From Camelus ferus (taxonomy: Eukaryota): DNA of 64,000 nt. The stretch is taken from assembly GCF_009834535.1 (NCBI RefSeq), contig NC_045697.1, positions 41,790,001 to 41,854,000 of the forward strand. Reading direction: 5' to 3'. Below are positions 25,342 to 37,958 of this stretch, piece by piece (positions within the stretch are counted from its first letter, which is position 1; the number at the start of each line of letters is the position of its first letter). The notes under the pieces were generated by a model that saw only the letters and a list, made by a program, of their open reading frames with translations, ran no database searches and was not told the origin of the DNA. Made by a program: the position numbers and the translations under genes.

Positions 25342-27216
25342 TTAGTTTGAATATTATTAACCCCAATTAATACCCTCTTTCTAAACCCCCATATGTGCCA
25401 TGTAAGCACACTCCTTGTCTCCCAGATGATATGGTTGTCCCCCTTTATTTGACTATGAGACACAGAATAGAGTGATATAAGCAGCTCTCTTACATTTTTG
25501 TATGCTGGGAAACTCACTGTCTATGCTAGTAGTGGTTGCCATAATTCTGAAATATTTGTGATAGCTTTTCATTATCTTTCTTTTGTCAGAAGGATGAAAA
25601 AGAAAAAAAAATGCCTGCATAGTCTCTCTTTATTATAAAGCTCCTGCATAGAATACAGCTCCTGGACTAAGCAATGGCTTTGGCCTTTAGCACCAGGTTA
25701 AATACAGCTTAGCAGTGACCTTGGTGCCAAGATGAATTGAGCCGATGGCTTTATTTCAGCTCCTTCTTGGCAGATGTCCAGTGTACTAATTGGCACCCAG
25801 GTGACAGCATCATGAAACCAACCAAGGTGAATTCAATGTGAAAAGTAACCCATGGATTCAATTTCAGATCATCTACATATTTGAAACTAGGTATATGGAG
25901 TTTTATTTTCCTTTGCTTCACTAAATGTGAGTGGGAAACGGACTGCTTCTGACAGTCCTGCTATCATTTTAATTTAAAGTAGTGTTCTTTGTACGCATTT
26001 AGGAGTAAGCTCACGTTCCACATAAGACTGTTCAATGGAAACCAAATGCAAGAGAAACTCCTCTTCACACAGAACACATGGAATGCTGGGCTCTTCATTT
26101 ACCTGCTTAACATTGTCAATAAAATTCACTGAGTGAGGAGTGCAGGGTCACTTTCCAAAAGGAAAGAAAGAATGGAACAAGAGGGGGTGGTTCAGATGAA
26201 GGAAGAATGGAGAAAGGACGGGTATAGTGTGAATACAGATGTTGTTTGTAAAAGTCCACTATCACAGCTGCCTTTTAACAACTCCAAACAGCAGATTATC
26301 TTTTTTGTCAGTAGAGGAGGACTTAAAGAAGATTTCTTCTACCTGAATGAAATGCCTGGTTTAGTGACTGGACCATGTGACCTGACAAGATGCTGATGAA
26401 CAAATCACCCTCCTTTCTCTGCTTTTCCGGAAGGTAAAACTAATGATTCTTTGTCCTCCCTCTTTTATAACATTTTCTAATGTTATTAAAATGCTTCCTT
26501 TCTTAGACTAGTGACTGTATCTCTACCTACAAACCCAGAACTTCTCTGATATTTTTTTCCTAATGGAAGAAAAACACAAAAAATATAATTCAAACTTCTT
26601 TTGAGCATATTATATTAAATTTTTTAAAAAGTCAAGTAACTAATTTTGACAAATTCTCTGTCCCCTGGCCCTTGATCATAATTTTAGGTTTGATCCTATA
26701 ATTACAGGCAATAATTAAGCATTTGTATTTTTTTTTATTGAAGTATAATCTGTAATTTGTTTTTTTAACCAATCTATTTGTAAAGTTTTGTGGTGTGAAA
26801 AGGATCACTCACCAACAAAATATTTGCCTCCAAACTTCAATTTATCAGATATTTAATAATATGGTGACAAGAGAACTTTTAGTAGTTTGGCTTCACAGAA
26901 TCATTCTTTCTTTCAAGGGATGGCCACCTAAGCCACTGAAACAAACCACTTATATGTATTTATTTATTTATTTGCTTTCTTCCTGATGGTTTCATGCAAT
27001 CAGAAAACAAATCATGCAAAAATAGTGTGACTCTTTAATATTTAATTTTTAGATGCCATGTTAGGCAATAGAAATATTCCAGTCATAGGTCTAAACAGAG
27101 GTAAAATAATTCTCAATAGCTTCAAATGTTGCACATTCTCAAAGACATCATAATCATTGCATTAAAAAGCAGTAATGATGTAAATAACAATTTGGGTCTT
27201 GTCAAATTTCATTTAG

Positions 27217-27510
27217 TAGCATTTCTCCAAGGACATTCTGGAGAAAACAAGTTTCATGGTCCAGTTAGGGAGGCCACGTGATAAGTTATCTAGGATCAAA
27301 TCCTTCTGAGAAATGACAGGTTATACCAAGTTAAACAGATTTCATTTCTGCAGGACTTCTGCATCTTAATATTTAGAAATGTTCTACAAAAACTCCAGAA
27401 GGGATAATTTGCATAGCATCCCTCACATGTTTGCCTATAGAAAATTTTCTTTGCAAATCATCTGAAGGGATTTGTGTTTTATGAAATACACCATAGAAAA
27501 TATTGCTTTT
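27217..27510. mobile_element. MER103C-like hAT-Charlie element
   Basis: gttaaacagatttcatttctgcaggacttctg...actccagaagggata...gcatagcatccc resembles MER103 as I recall it. Confidence 0.6.
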
Positions 27511-27524
27511 TATGCTGGTCACTA

Positions 27525-27690
27525 TACCATACTGATTTCCAAAGTGCACATAAAAATTATCTGGGAAGGGTTTTAAACAACTGGTCTACCTGGGTCCAAT
27601 CTAGATCAAAAGAATCAGAATCTTTGAGGATGCAGCCTAGAAATTTGTATTTTTAAAAAAACTCCTAAGGTAATTTTGATGTTTTAAACA
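27525..27690. mobile_element. MER5-like fragment
   Basis: gaatcagaatctttgaggatgcagcctagaaatttgtattttaaaaaaactcctaaggtaattttgatg. Confidence 0.65.
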
Positions 27691-29679
27691 CCCCATTTTG
27701 ATTGTTTTGTTGTGGAGTCTAAAGAATGCTTCAAAGTGTAAGCAGTTTTAAGTCTTCAGATGCATACTGCAGTAGCTTCACATTACTAACTGGACGTTTT
27801 AAAGTATATTTCTTTATGTAGTTAACAGTATAATTTTTATACTTATTGAACTACATTCTGGAAAGAACACACAGAATCTCATGGCTATAAAATATAAGAC
27901 TCCTGAGGTGAACAAATTATAAGATTTTTAACAAGAACAAAAACAGCTAAAAGCTCAGTTTTCAGTTGCAATAGCCTAGCTGCAGTAAAATCAAAACTAG
28001 TACATACCCACGCTCTTAGCATGGCCTCAGGTTCAGCATATATCAGAAGATTTTTAGATTTTAGATGCTTTTGACAAAAGATCAAAGTGTTCAGTTAATC
28101 AGAAAAATTCTTTGACCTTGCTCCTCTCTCACATGGAGTATAGAAGTGTACAAAGTTTCTCATTTAAGAAAAAGTTAAACACAATGTTTTTGATCTTTTC
28201 AATAAATCAGAAGGAGAAATATTTTCCAATAAACCCTCAGTTAAATCCGCAGTTGATTATTCTTAAAGCATGCATGAAAATAACCTGTTTACTAGAGAAA
28301 AAAGAACAACCACTGTGATATGAGACAGAAAGATTTAAACCCTTCACCAGATCAGTTTCAACTAGAAAGTTGGAAGTTTTCATCAAATTTCAAAACTCTG
28401 GTCACACCTGATTGACATTCTGTTCCAGAAAGTGCTGATGGGCTTTTTAAAGTGGATTTGTGACTCAGCCCAAGAGGAACATAAGGGCAACCCATGATTA
28501 CTAGACCATGATTACCAGAGCATGGCGGTTTTATTTTCTTCTTTCAGCCAACCTTAAAAATAAGTGGCCAGTTAAAAGCTGGAAGGTTATTTGAGACAGA
28601 GAACTATGGTGTTGTATCAACCTACACTGGAATGTACAAGTGTAAACTCACTAGATACACTCAATGTGACCATTTGGAAACAAAACTTCCTGGGAAAGAA
28701 AATGTAGTAATCTCTAAATTAGACAGACCAGTAGGCTTCAGTTGTTTACCGTGTGCGCTGTCTGAGTCGACAGATTTTAAACACCTTCAGGAGTCTCTAC
28801 CACAATGGAAGTGTTATGTATTAAATATGCCCTAAAGAGTAGGACTCAATCAATATAACCCAAATGGCATTTATAGCTTGGTAAATAGTTTGCCAATAGA
28901 ATGAACCATCTCTTCTGGTTAGTAAAGCTACAATAAATATTTACTTTCTGTTTGGCAAACAAATTACTTCCGGGCTGCAAGCTGAACTTCCGGAAGCAGC
29001 AGTACACAACCAAGCTGTGAAAGCAACTGGGAAGTTTTTTCGCTTAATTACTTTCCCAAGCGTGTTCTCAAGTTCCTTGTTGAGTAAATAAAATGTACCT
29101 CTCAAGAAGGCAAACCATTACCTAACAAATGCTACTGATTCTACTCAACTTTTCAATATGTTATGTTGAGGATTCTAAAGCACCATATAAAAATATATTC
29201 ACACATCAAATGTTCTACTGTGCTCACCATGTCTAGACTGCTATGTGATAGGTAACTGAAATGTGAGGGAGGAGATTTCTTACAGTTTCAAGTTCTTATC
29301 AGTTATTTTTTTTTGCTCCTTGGTTCCCCATATGGATCCTGACAAGAAAGAAATCACTATAACTTTCTTCCCACTCCTCCTCTTTCAGTATGAAGGAGTA
29401 ACAGCAAGTTAAAATGAAGACCATTCTCTGCGATGTTAATCATTGATTTTTCTTATTTTTTTCCAATATACTTTTCATGCCAAAACCAAATTAGTAAGTA
29501 TGACCTCCTTAAAAGAAGTTAAGTAATTGGTCCTGAAAAGTTAACTTTTACCAAGAGAAAATAAGGTGACTGCACTTAGTAAGCTAAGGTATGCATAAAT
29601 AGAAAAAGGGTAACTTTGCCTTTAAGAATGCAGGCCACTGTTGGAACTGAGAGGGCACGTGGTGAGTGTAAACAAAAGA

Positions 29680-29900
29680 GAAAATTAGTATTTATTGTAT
29701 GCCTACTATATGTCTGCCAAGCACTGTGCTTTGCATTTTCACATATTTTACTTCATTTAATTCTTGCAATGATCCTGCAAAGGAGGTTTTATAATGTCTG
29801 TTATACAGATGAGAAAACCCAGGCTTAGAAACATTGAGTGCTTCATTGCCAACCAAGAATCACTTGTTAAAGCACAGGCGAAGCACTGCTATTCACTGTG
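29680..29900 (-). mobile_element. MIR SINE
   Basis: tttattgtatgcctactatatgtctgccaagcactgtgc...tcatttaattcttgcaat...tacagatgagaaaacccaggcttaga. Confidence 0.8.
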
Positions 29901-30419
29901 CTCCTTTTCCTCCGTGACTGAGAATTAGACTATTCTGCGTGCCTAAGACCTTGTTTTAAAACAAGTGGCATGTTTTATGAAGTGGACCACATACTCGGGT
30001 TTGTTCACGGCAATGATAATAATTACTAAGAACACATTTCAAGGAAGGTAGCAGCAACCAAATTTTGTTCAGACCCAATTTTACTTTGGTTTCTCCAACC
30101 CAACCGCTCTGAATACCAGAGTCTTCCTTTACAGCTCTTGCCCCGTCCTTGACCTTTCCTTCTTTCTTCCAAATCGCAAAAGTATAACTTTCTACCAGCT
30201 AAGGTACTTCTACTCACAACTCCTCTCTCCTTAGCCAATTGCTTGGATACTTTGATTTTCCCTTGTTCCTGAAAATGCAATAGGTAATCCAGAAGAAAAA
30301 AAAAAGTCCCAGATGAAGTAAATCTGGGAAATGTATAACACCATATTCTCCAAGAGAGATGCAGAATGTACATCAGCATATGAAAAACTCTGAAAAGTAA
30401 TTCACTCAAGCAACTTGAA

Positions 30420-31120
30420 TAACTCAGTATATTTGCTGCAAATGCCATTAAAAAGTTATTCAGTCAAGAAACTTGCATAACTTGCTATCCACTAGCATTT
30501 CCTGAACTTCCTTGTTCTGAAAACATTTACTCCCCTCTAATACCTATAGATAAACAGGTCTGAGAAACTCAGTTTCATAAATATTATTTTGCAGTGTATA
30601 TGGTATGAAATGTTCCAATATGGATGCAGAAGCAAAGAGGGGGTGTTTCTATGAAAACTGCTTTAATGATTTGCTATTCAGGACTGACAGAAATTAAAAT
30701 TACTATGAGATTAGGTGTGGGCAAGATAAAAGTAATTATTGGTTTTAAAAAATAATACTCAAAATACCTACCTGACTTCAAAAGCAAATCATAGCAGTCT
30801 AGAAGGGGTCTGAGCTCACATTACTTTGCAGAAGTATTTGTAAAGAAACTGAATATGCAAATTTAAAATGACAAATTATAGGAGTAACATATGCAAAAAA
30901 GACAAGAAGAAAACCAATCACTTGACTCTTACTCAAAGAAAAGAGCTCCGCCTCACATCAAAATTGGCAAACGCATATTCACTTAAATATTTTAAACTGA
31001 CATAAATTTGTGTATGTATTGTTTCATCACATTCCCCAACTCTAACCAGATTTTTAAGTAGATTAATTAATTGAACGGCTACTAGTCCAAATGTGGTGAT
31101 GAAGACAGTTTCAATTGTAT
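30420..31120 (+). mobile_element. Decayed TcMar-Tigger-type DNA transposon
   Basis: gtttctatgaaaact...attaggtgtgggcaagata...ctcaaagaaaagagctccgcctcacatcaaaattgg resembles the eroded 5' transposase region of old Tiggers; no intact ORF. Confidence 0.55.
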
Positions 31121-33261
31121 AGCCATGACATTATACACATGTATAATATGGATACCTGCTCTTCTTTCTAAAGGAAGCTGTCCTTCTCTGCTAAAGAGTT
31201 CAAACATGAGTGGAATTTGGAAGATTGATTTTGTTTAATACAAGGGCATCAGGTTTGGAAGCCCAGATGCAGTGTTTCTGGGCCCCAGGAGAGTCTCGTG
31301 ACTTTGTGGTGCCAGGAACACTCTTTCTTCTGTATGAAGAAAGTTTCAGTGTTAAAAATGATCTGCATGATAAGACAACTTTAAATTCCTCGCATCACCT
31401 CGTTTTGCATGCAAATGCATGTTAACTGTGCTTGCTGTATACTCTACTCCTTCGCAAACTCAGTGGAAATCATCAGCCAATCCTGAAATGGCAGATCCAT
31501 CCTGAATAGTTAAGAGAAGAAAATATACTGAGAGAAGGGAAAGAAGTATTTGATATTAAGAATATGTAAATATATAGTTTGGCTGGGGGACGCAGTCAAA
31601 TAGCTGTTACTGACCACCAGAGTAAGTTTCCTACTCAGTAATTTCTGTCTTTTCTCCAGTTTTGCTTTGCACCACAGGTTGAAGTCATTAACATTTTAAT
31701 ATACACTTTTTCTGTTCTTCTGGCTTCTTTGTTTTGCTAGTCATTTTAATGCTGTAGAACTTTGCAGATAATTACTACACTAATATCTTTATGATCTTAA
31801 TTATTCTGTGAATATCCTTCTTATTGAAGTTCATCACATTTTAAAAATACCATCTTGATGGATATGAACTACTTTAAATAATATATATTGCAAATGGAAA
31901 TACTGAAATTCAAAGATACTTTGGGATTTGGGAGAGTATTTGAAAGAAGTTAGGCTTTTAATTTATTGTATGGCTTAAATTTAATTTTACCTGGGTGCTA
32001 ACCAGATAATATCTTAAAGTATATTTTGTTTCTAGAACTTATTATTTTTGCCACATGATATCAGCCTTATTTCTTTGTCACCAGATACTATATTAATACC
32101 CTCTCACTTCCAAAAAATAATTTCTCCATCTTCGTTTTCCTTGTTGAGTCTGTTTCCACATAATGGAACTCATCATACAAAAAGTAAAGAAAAGAAATAG
32201 TGACCTCTCAAAGTGCACAGATGAAGTAAAGATAGGCATTGAAAGGTCCTACTGAACAGTGCTTATAACATGGCCAAAGTCATTTACTGATTAACTGACC
32301 TTGTCCCAAATGCGAGGGAGGTAAAATTCTATTTTAGTTACCCATACAGTTTTGCTTGCTTCTTACTTGCATTCTATAAATAAGTTTCAAGCTATCTATC
32401 TAGTATAAAACTTTTTATTCCCTCTGAAAAACTTTTTTCTTTATAAAATAGCGACTTCCCAAAATGAAGCAAAGAGTGGTTTTAACTTTAAACACATTTA
32501 CTAATAAGCTTGTGCGTTAAAAGTGTCCAGAAAAGTTACGTGATTACTTCCTTTTAATTCAAGATTCAACATAGTTAAACCTTAAGCCATTAAAAAACTT
32601 ATACACATATGAAATCCCCATAAGACTGACTGGCATAACTCTTCTACATCTTCCTGGGTGCTTGTATTTCCTTAGGAGAAGTGGTGAACCAACAAGACCC
32701 CAACCCTGCCAGCTGTTCAGCTCTCCTGGTTCAATGTTTTTGAAAACGCATCAGTCTTTATTCAAGGTCACATTCCGACATTCTTCTTTTTAAATGATTT
32801 ACCAAATGCATTTTTTGATCTTACATGTATCCTACACTAACTCTGCTCAGAAAGGGCTTCTCATCAGCTCCAGCCTGAGACAGTCATTCCCTTCTTTAAT
32901 CAATGAAAAGTGTGCAACCATGTGGATACAAATACATACCTAAGAGTGTATGTGCGCTCACACTGGGACACAGAGCTGCTAGTGACCCGTGCTAAGGGCC
33001 TAGGAATAAAATACTGTCATCAGTTCAAGCACATCAGGTTGAAGCTTTATCAGAGCCCTGTGTCCAACAGGCATGGACCCCTGGAAAGTGGCTAAAACTC
33101 CCCTACCTCACGTGTTAGATGGGGATGGCTTTTTTCTATTGACAGTTCTTCAAGCTAGACTATAATAATTGGCTTAACAACAAGAATAATAACAGTTAAA
33201 AAGAAGGCATTTCAAACAGACAGTAGCAATTTAATAATTTTTGACCCGATTTCATTTAGAG

Positions 33262-33372
33262 ACTTTATCTAAAACTAAAAAACCAAACCAAACCAAATCC
33301 CAACCCCTCCCACAAAAAAAATTCCCAAAATAACAAACAAAAAAACCTAACCAAAAAAACAAAATAATAAAT
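33262..33372. repeat. A/C-rich low-complexity tract lacking G on the plus strand
   Basis: 111 consecutive nt with no G. Confidence 0.9.
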
Positions 33373-36300
33373 GCGAGCAGTACATTGTTATATGGGAAAC
33401 ATGTTGTACGACTGCTCCATCTTCACCCCTGACTCAGCCCACAGTGGACACATACACACACACACAGAACGACTTTATCTTCCCCCATCCTGAGCATTTC
33501 TTTCCCTCCATCACTTGTCTCACTCTGCCTATCAACTTGACTGCTCTTTAAGTTTAATAAAGAAAGGAAGAAAATTGGAAAACTGTAGGAAGGAGAATAA
33601 ATGATAAAAAAATCACAAATAAAGGATGCAGAATATAAATGAGGAAGAACAAACATAAGAATGGGGTGGGGAGGAAGCTAAAGGAACAAGAAAGGCAATG
33701 AGATGGGGGGAGATTAGGGGGAGCCAGGAGACGTGGAGAGCGGTTGGTTTCTGTGTTGACACTGGTGATAACATTAATTTGCGTATCAGGACCCAAAGAA
33801 TGGGGCCTCCCCAGTGGCCTTCTCATTTGGTTCAGGTCACGAATCTAAACTAAGTCAGACTGTACTTATGGAAAACACCTCACTGTCATAGAACTCCAAC
33901 ACCAGTCACAGTCCTGCACCTCGGCTCACTCTGGAAAACGGGACCTGCCAGCCTTATAGGGACATCCTTGACCTCCTGGCCAGTCATGCCCTGTGTAGGC
34001 ACTGGAGTTTCTCCAGCTCCATAAAACTGGTCTTTGCCCAGTAACCCTCAAGGAGAGCGCCCCTGGCTGGTGAGGCACTGTACTCCCCCAATCCATGGGT
34101 TATTTTCCCTTGAATAAAGGACATCAAACTCATTACTAAACTTACATTTTGTCATTTGATATTGGTTAATTACTCTTTTGACTCCTTGTGAAATTTTTGT
34201 CTATTTCTTTAGATATTTCAATACTGGTGACTTGTATGATAATATCAGTTACTTCTTTTTTAAAATTAATAATAATAATGAAAACCTATAATTCCTTAAC
34301 AATAACATATAAACATATAACTGTTTATCTATAACCTGATAATATCTTAGGGTCACATTTACTACTATGATCGGCGTGGGTGAAGAAAAGCTAGTCCATA
34401 TGTATTCCTTAAATAAAGCATAAAAACAGACAACCAAATAATAAAAAGAGAAAAATTTATTCGCATGTAGTGTATAGAGTGGGTTTTCCTCACATGCACC
34501 TTTTGAATGAATATTGACTTGAAGTGGGCAGTGTTTCTGCTTGAAAATCGATCCATGTTCACACTAGCATTCAAACTGAGAGTATGGTGGCGTGGAGATT
34601 GATTGGTGTGTCACTTTGCATCCTGTGGGAAGAGAGATTGAGACATCCACGTCTGAGCCATGGGAGTGGGTAACTGCTGAACAGGAGACAGGAGATCGTG
34701 TGGTATAGTGCCCAGGGCCTTCCAATCATGTTGTTCTCAGTACAGTAAGTAAGCCATGTCTAAGGTGGAATAGTTTCAGTAAAGACAGAATAAAATCTAC
34801 AAGAGATGTCTAAACCAAACTTCATGAAAGGTTTTGAGAGTTCAAAGAAGTGTATTTTATAGCGCTTTATAGAAGTACAGCCAGCACTCATGGGGTATAA
34901 AGTATTCACTCTAACACTGGAGCATGATAGGTTGTGAAAAGAATGCAACGTCTTCAGCAACCATGCAGACAATTCTATATTTAGAGAAATGAGATAGGGC
35001 ACTGCACTTACATGGCATTCAAAAGAGATCCCCAGAGCAGAAGCAGACAATGACAACTGCAGCATCGGGACCTGAGAGGACAATGGAAAGAGCAAGTATG
35101 GAAACCTGCTAGGGCTTCTGAGCGTCAGTAGAAGAAGAAGGTGGTAAAGGGGCAAAATGCCTTGAGAGAGAGGAGCTTTAACTCTATGAGCACCAAACAA
35201 ACAAACAATCAAATGAACTGAACACACTGTCCTTGCTATGCAAATAATACTTCAGGATGAGGAATCTGGCACCAACTTCTAAACACATCCTATCCATGAA
35301 CCACTGCTACAAAGAAATTCTACGACAACACTACTGGAGAGACTTGAGGAGGCTAGAATTCCCAGCGCGGGGCTGGTGAAGAAGGGTTCACAAGAGACAT
35401 ACAAATATTGTTTCCTTGGTAGGAGATGGCCACGAGAGAAACAGGTGGAAGTTTCTTCCAAACTGAGGGAGAAAATTCTTTTAAAAAGAACAATAATAGG
35501 AAAGTAATTAAGAACTGGTAATAAATCTAAAAAAAGGTAATGTTAATCTGACAACTGCAAAATGATGTTGATTACCTAATAAACAAAATAAACTACAGCA
35601 AATACTCCTGTTACTTTTCTATCACCTCATTAAAACATAGAAATTTGTTTAAGGATCCCACCAATATTCTATTTATTTAGATATACCTGATAGCGATAAC
35701 TATGTGCCTGCTTAGGAGTGGGTGCTCTTTCTGTTCCTGCGCTTTTGTATCAATAAAGTAATTATTCTTACTGATTTAGTCACAGAGCCATTAACTTCTC
35801 ATTGGAGTACTCTCTGCCATGGAATTAAGGTAATTGATCACTAAAGACTGTGAGTGAGATCTACATGTAACCACTGGGAGGGAGAAATGACCTATAAATC
35901 TTTGAGACAGGTTTTGGGAACTAGCATTAAATTTCCATATTATCAGGCAGGCAGTCTAAAAACAATATCAAAATACTAAGAAATAAGATGTGAATGATCT
36001 AGCACTAAGCTTTTTAAAGCTGGTTTGCTGCTCATTAGTTTTCCATATGCCTGTTAAGCAAAATTCCCATATAATACTCTTTATCCATACATATATTGTG
36101 CTGTGTGTGTCTAGAATCAACTCTGACTTCAAAACTGAAACAGACAGAAGTCAGCTGGAAAATATTAAGGAATTAGGAATCAGAAATATGAATTCTGCTG
36201 TGAAACCTTGATGGAGAACATCTCACATCAATAGCTGCAAAAAAAAAAAAAAATCTCCTTCTCAAAGAGTTTTTCTCAGGAAAACAAACACAGAAGGGAT

Positions 36301-36689
36301 GGAAAACCCAGACACTCACAGTGCATGGGATGGATTCCATGGTCACTTATATGTGTGTCTTTCATGAGTGCCCTGCTGGCTGGAGCCCAGGTGATCTTCT
36401 TTGGGATGATGCCTTTCTCATGAGAAACTGGTCATAGAATAGATAAATTCCCGCAGGCTGTGCCAGCTCTGGTTCTAAACTCACCAGTGTAAACCTCTCC
36501 ACGACAAGCTACAGAAGCTGGCAGCAGTAAATAAGTAAGTTATGTCCTTCATTTTGATTCCATTACCAATTCTCTGTTAAATACTTTAATGAAAAATGTG
36601 CGGTTTGGTCATCTGTTGTCATTAAATTCTTAAGTGATTCAACTTTGCCTAGAGTTTGAAGTTACTCTAGTCCCATTGTACATTCAGTC

Positions 36690-37540
36690 TCCCCACTGAT
36701 GTCCCAGACCGTAATGGTCACTTAGCCCTGTCAATACCACCTCCAAAAGAGTTTCACCTCTCCAGTTCACACCTCTCACCAAACTGAAGTCCACTTCGCT
36801 GGTCTGGTTGTCATTACCTCTCACCTAGATTACTACACTGTCTCCTCACAGCGTCCATATCTCTGATGTCTTCCATTAGCAACCCCACCGCCACGTGGAC
36901 CCCATGCAACCTTCAGGGTAGACATTTGGTAGGTATGTACTTACTAATGCCTGCCAACTCTATTCCAGGGATTTAGAAGTGAACGAAGTAAAGTTCCTGT
37001 CCTAATGGATTTTCTGTGCTACTGTCATAGATTTAATTTGATAACGTCTCTGATAGTGATCCATCTTAGAGAATAAGGTCCCAGTGCTACAGGCACACAG
37101 AGCCCTTAACCATCTGGCTTCAAACGCATTTCCAGTCCTCTTTTCAATCACAACCTCACTCTTCGCACCTTGTTTTTTAAATTAGACAATTACAGCTGTC
37201 ATTGCCTGAACATGTTTTATTTACGTATGTCCTCCGGTCCCTCTTTATTTATTTGCAAAATTTCTATTAAAGCTTTAAGACCTACTTAGAAATGTTCACT
37301 TTCAGTGGAGTTATCCTCACTGTCCTAGCCAGACTTAACTGATGTGGCCTTTGTGGCTGTGTTTGCTCATGCCTCTGTCGCCACCCATGTTCACAGACTG
37401 TTATAATTCTTTGTGCGTCCCCCGCACCAGGCTGTCAGGTCCTTAACTGCAAAAATGATGAAGTATCTTTGAATCTTGAGTCCCTAGCAAAGCAAAACAT
37501 CTGCCATGATAAAATCTCAATAAGGGTTTACTGAATGACC
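36690..37540 (+). mobile_element. LINE L2 3' region
   Basis: cattacctctcacctagattactacactgtctcct and a 3' end tccctagca...ctcaataagggtttactgaatga. Confidence 0.65.
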
Positions 37541-37919
37541 AAAACCAAAACCAACAAAATGGGGTGAGGGGGAGGAAGAAAGGGAAAAGGAAGAGAAAAG
37601 TGAACAGAAAGTCAGGGGCAGGGAACTCTTCAGGGATGAAAGGATTGGTAATAAAATAGTTAACAACCTTTCTTTTACACCCAATAAATACTAAGGATTA
37701 GGTGTCATTGTTAACTGACAGCTAAGAGGAAAGACACTGACTGTCCCCAACAGACCTTTCATCAGTCTAATGATTCATTTGCTTTGGCTGGCTTTTCATG
37801 ACAGAGAAGTTTTGCTTTCCTACAACCCTGACAGCATGATGGGGAAGAAACTATATATACATCATTGACAAGAAAATAAAAATTATAACCCCCTTTTCAG
37901 CTCCTGGATTTAGGAAATT

Positions 37920-37921
37920 AA

Positions 37922-37952
<31 letters not shown>

Positions 37953-37958
37953 GAAGAG
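37920..37958 (+). repeat. A-run followed by (GAA)n
   Basis: Directly visible. Confidence 0.93.

Noticed and set aside
30026..30448. 140-aa minus-strand ORF; similarly 34760-35227 and 58341-58748
   Set aside because: No similarity to ARHGAP24 or any family I recognise, no convincing splice boundaries; 58341-58748 lies within an L2 remnant.
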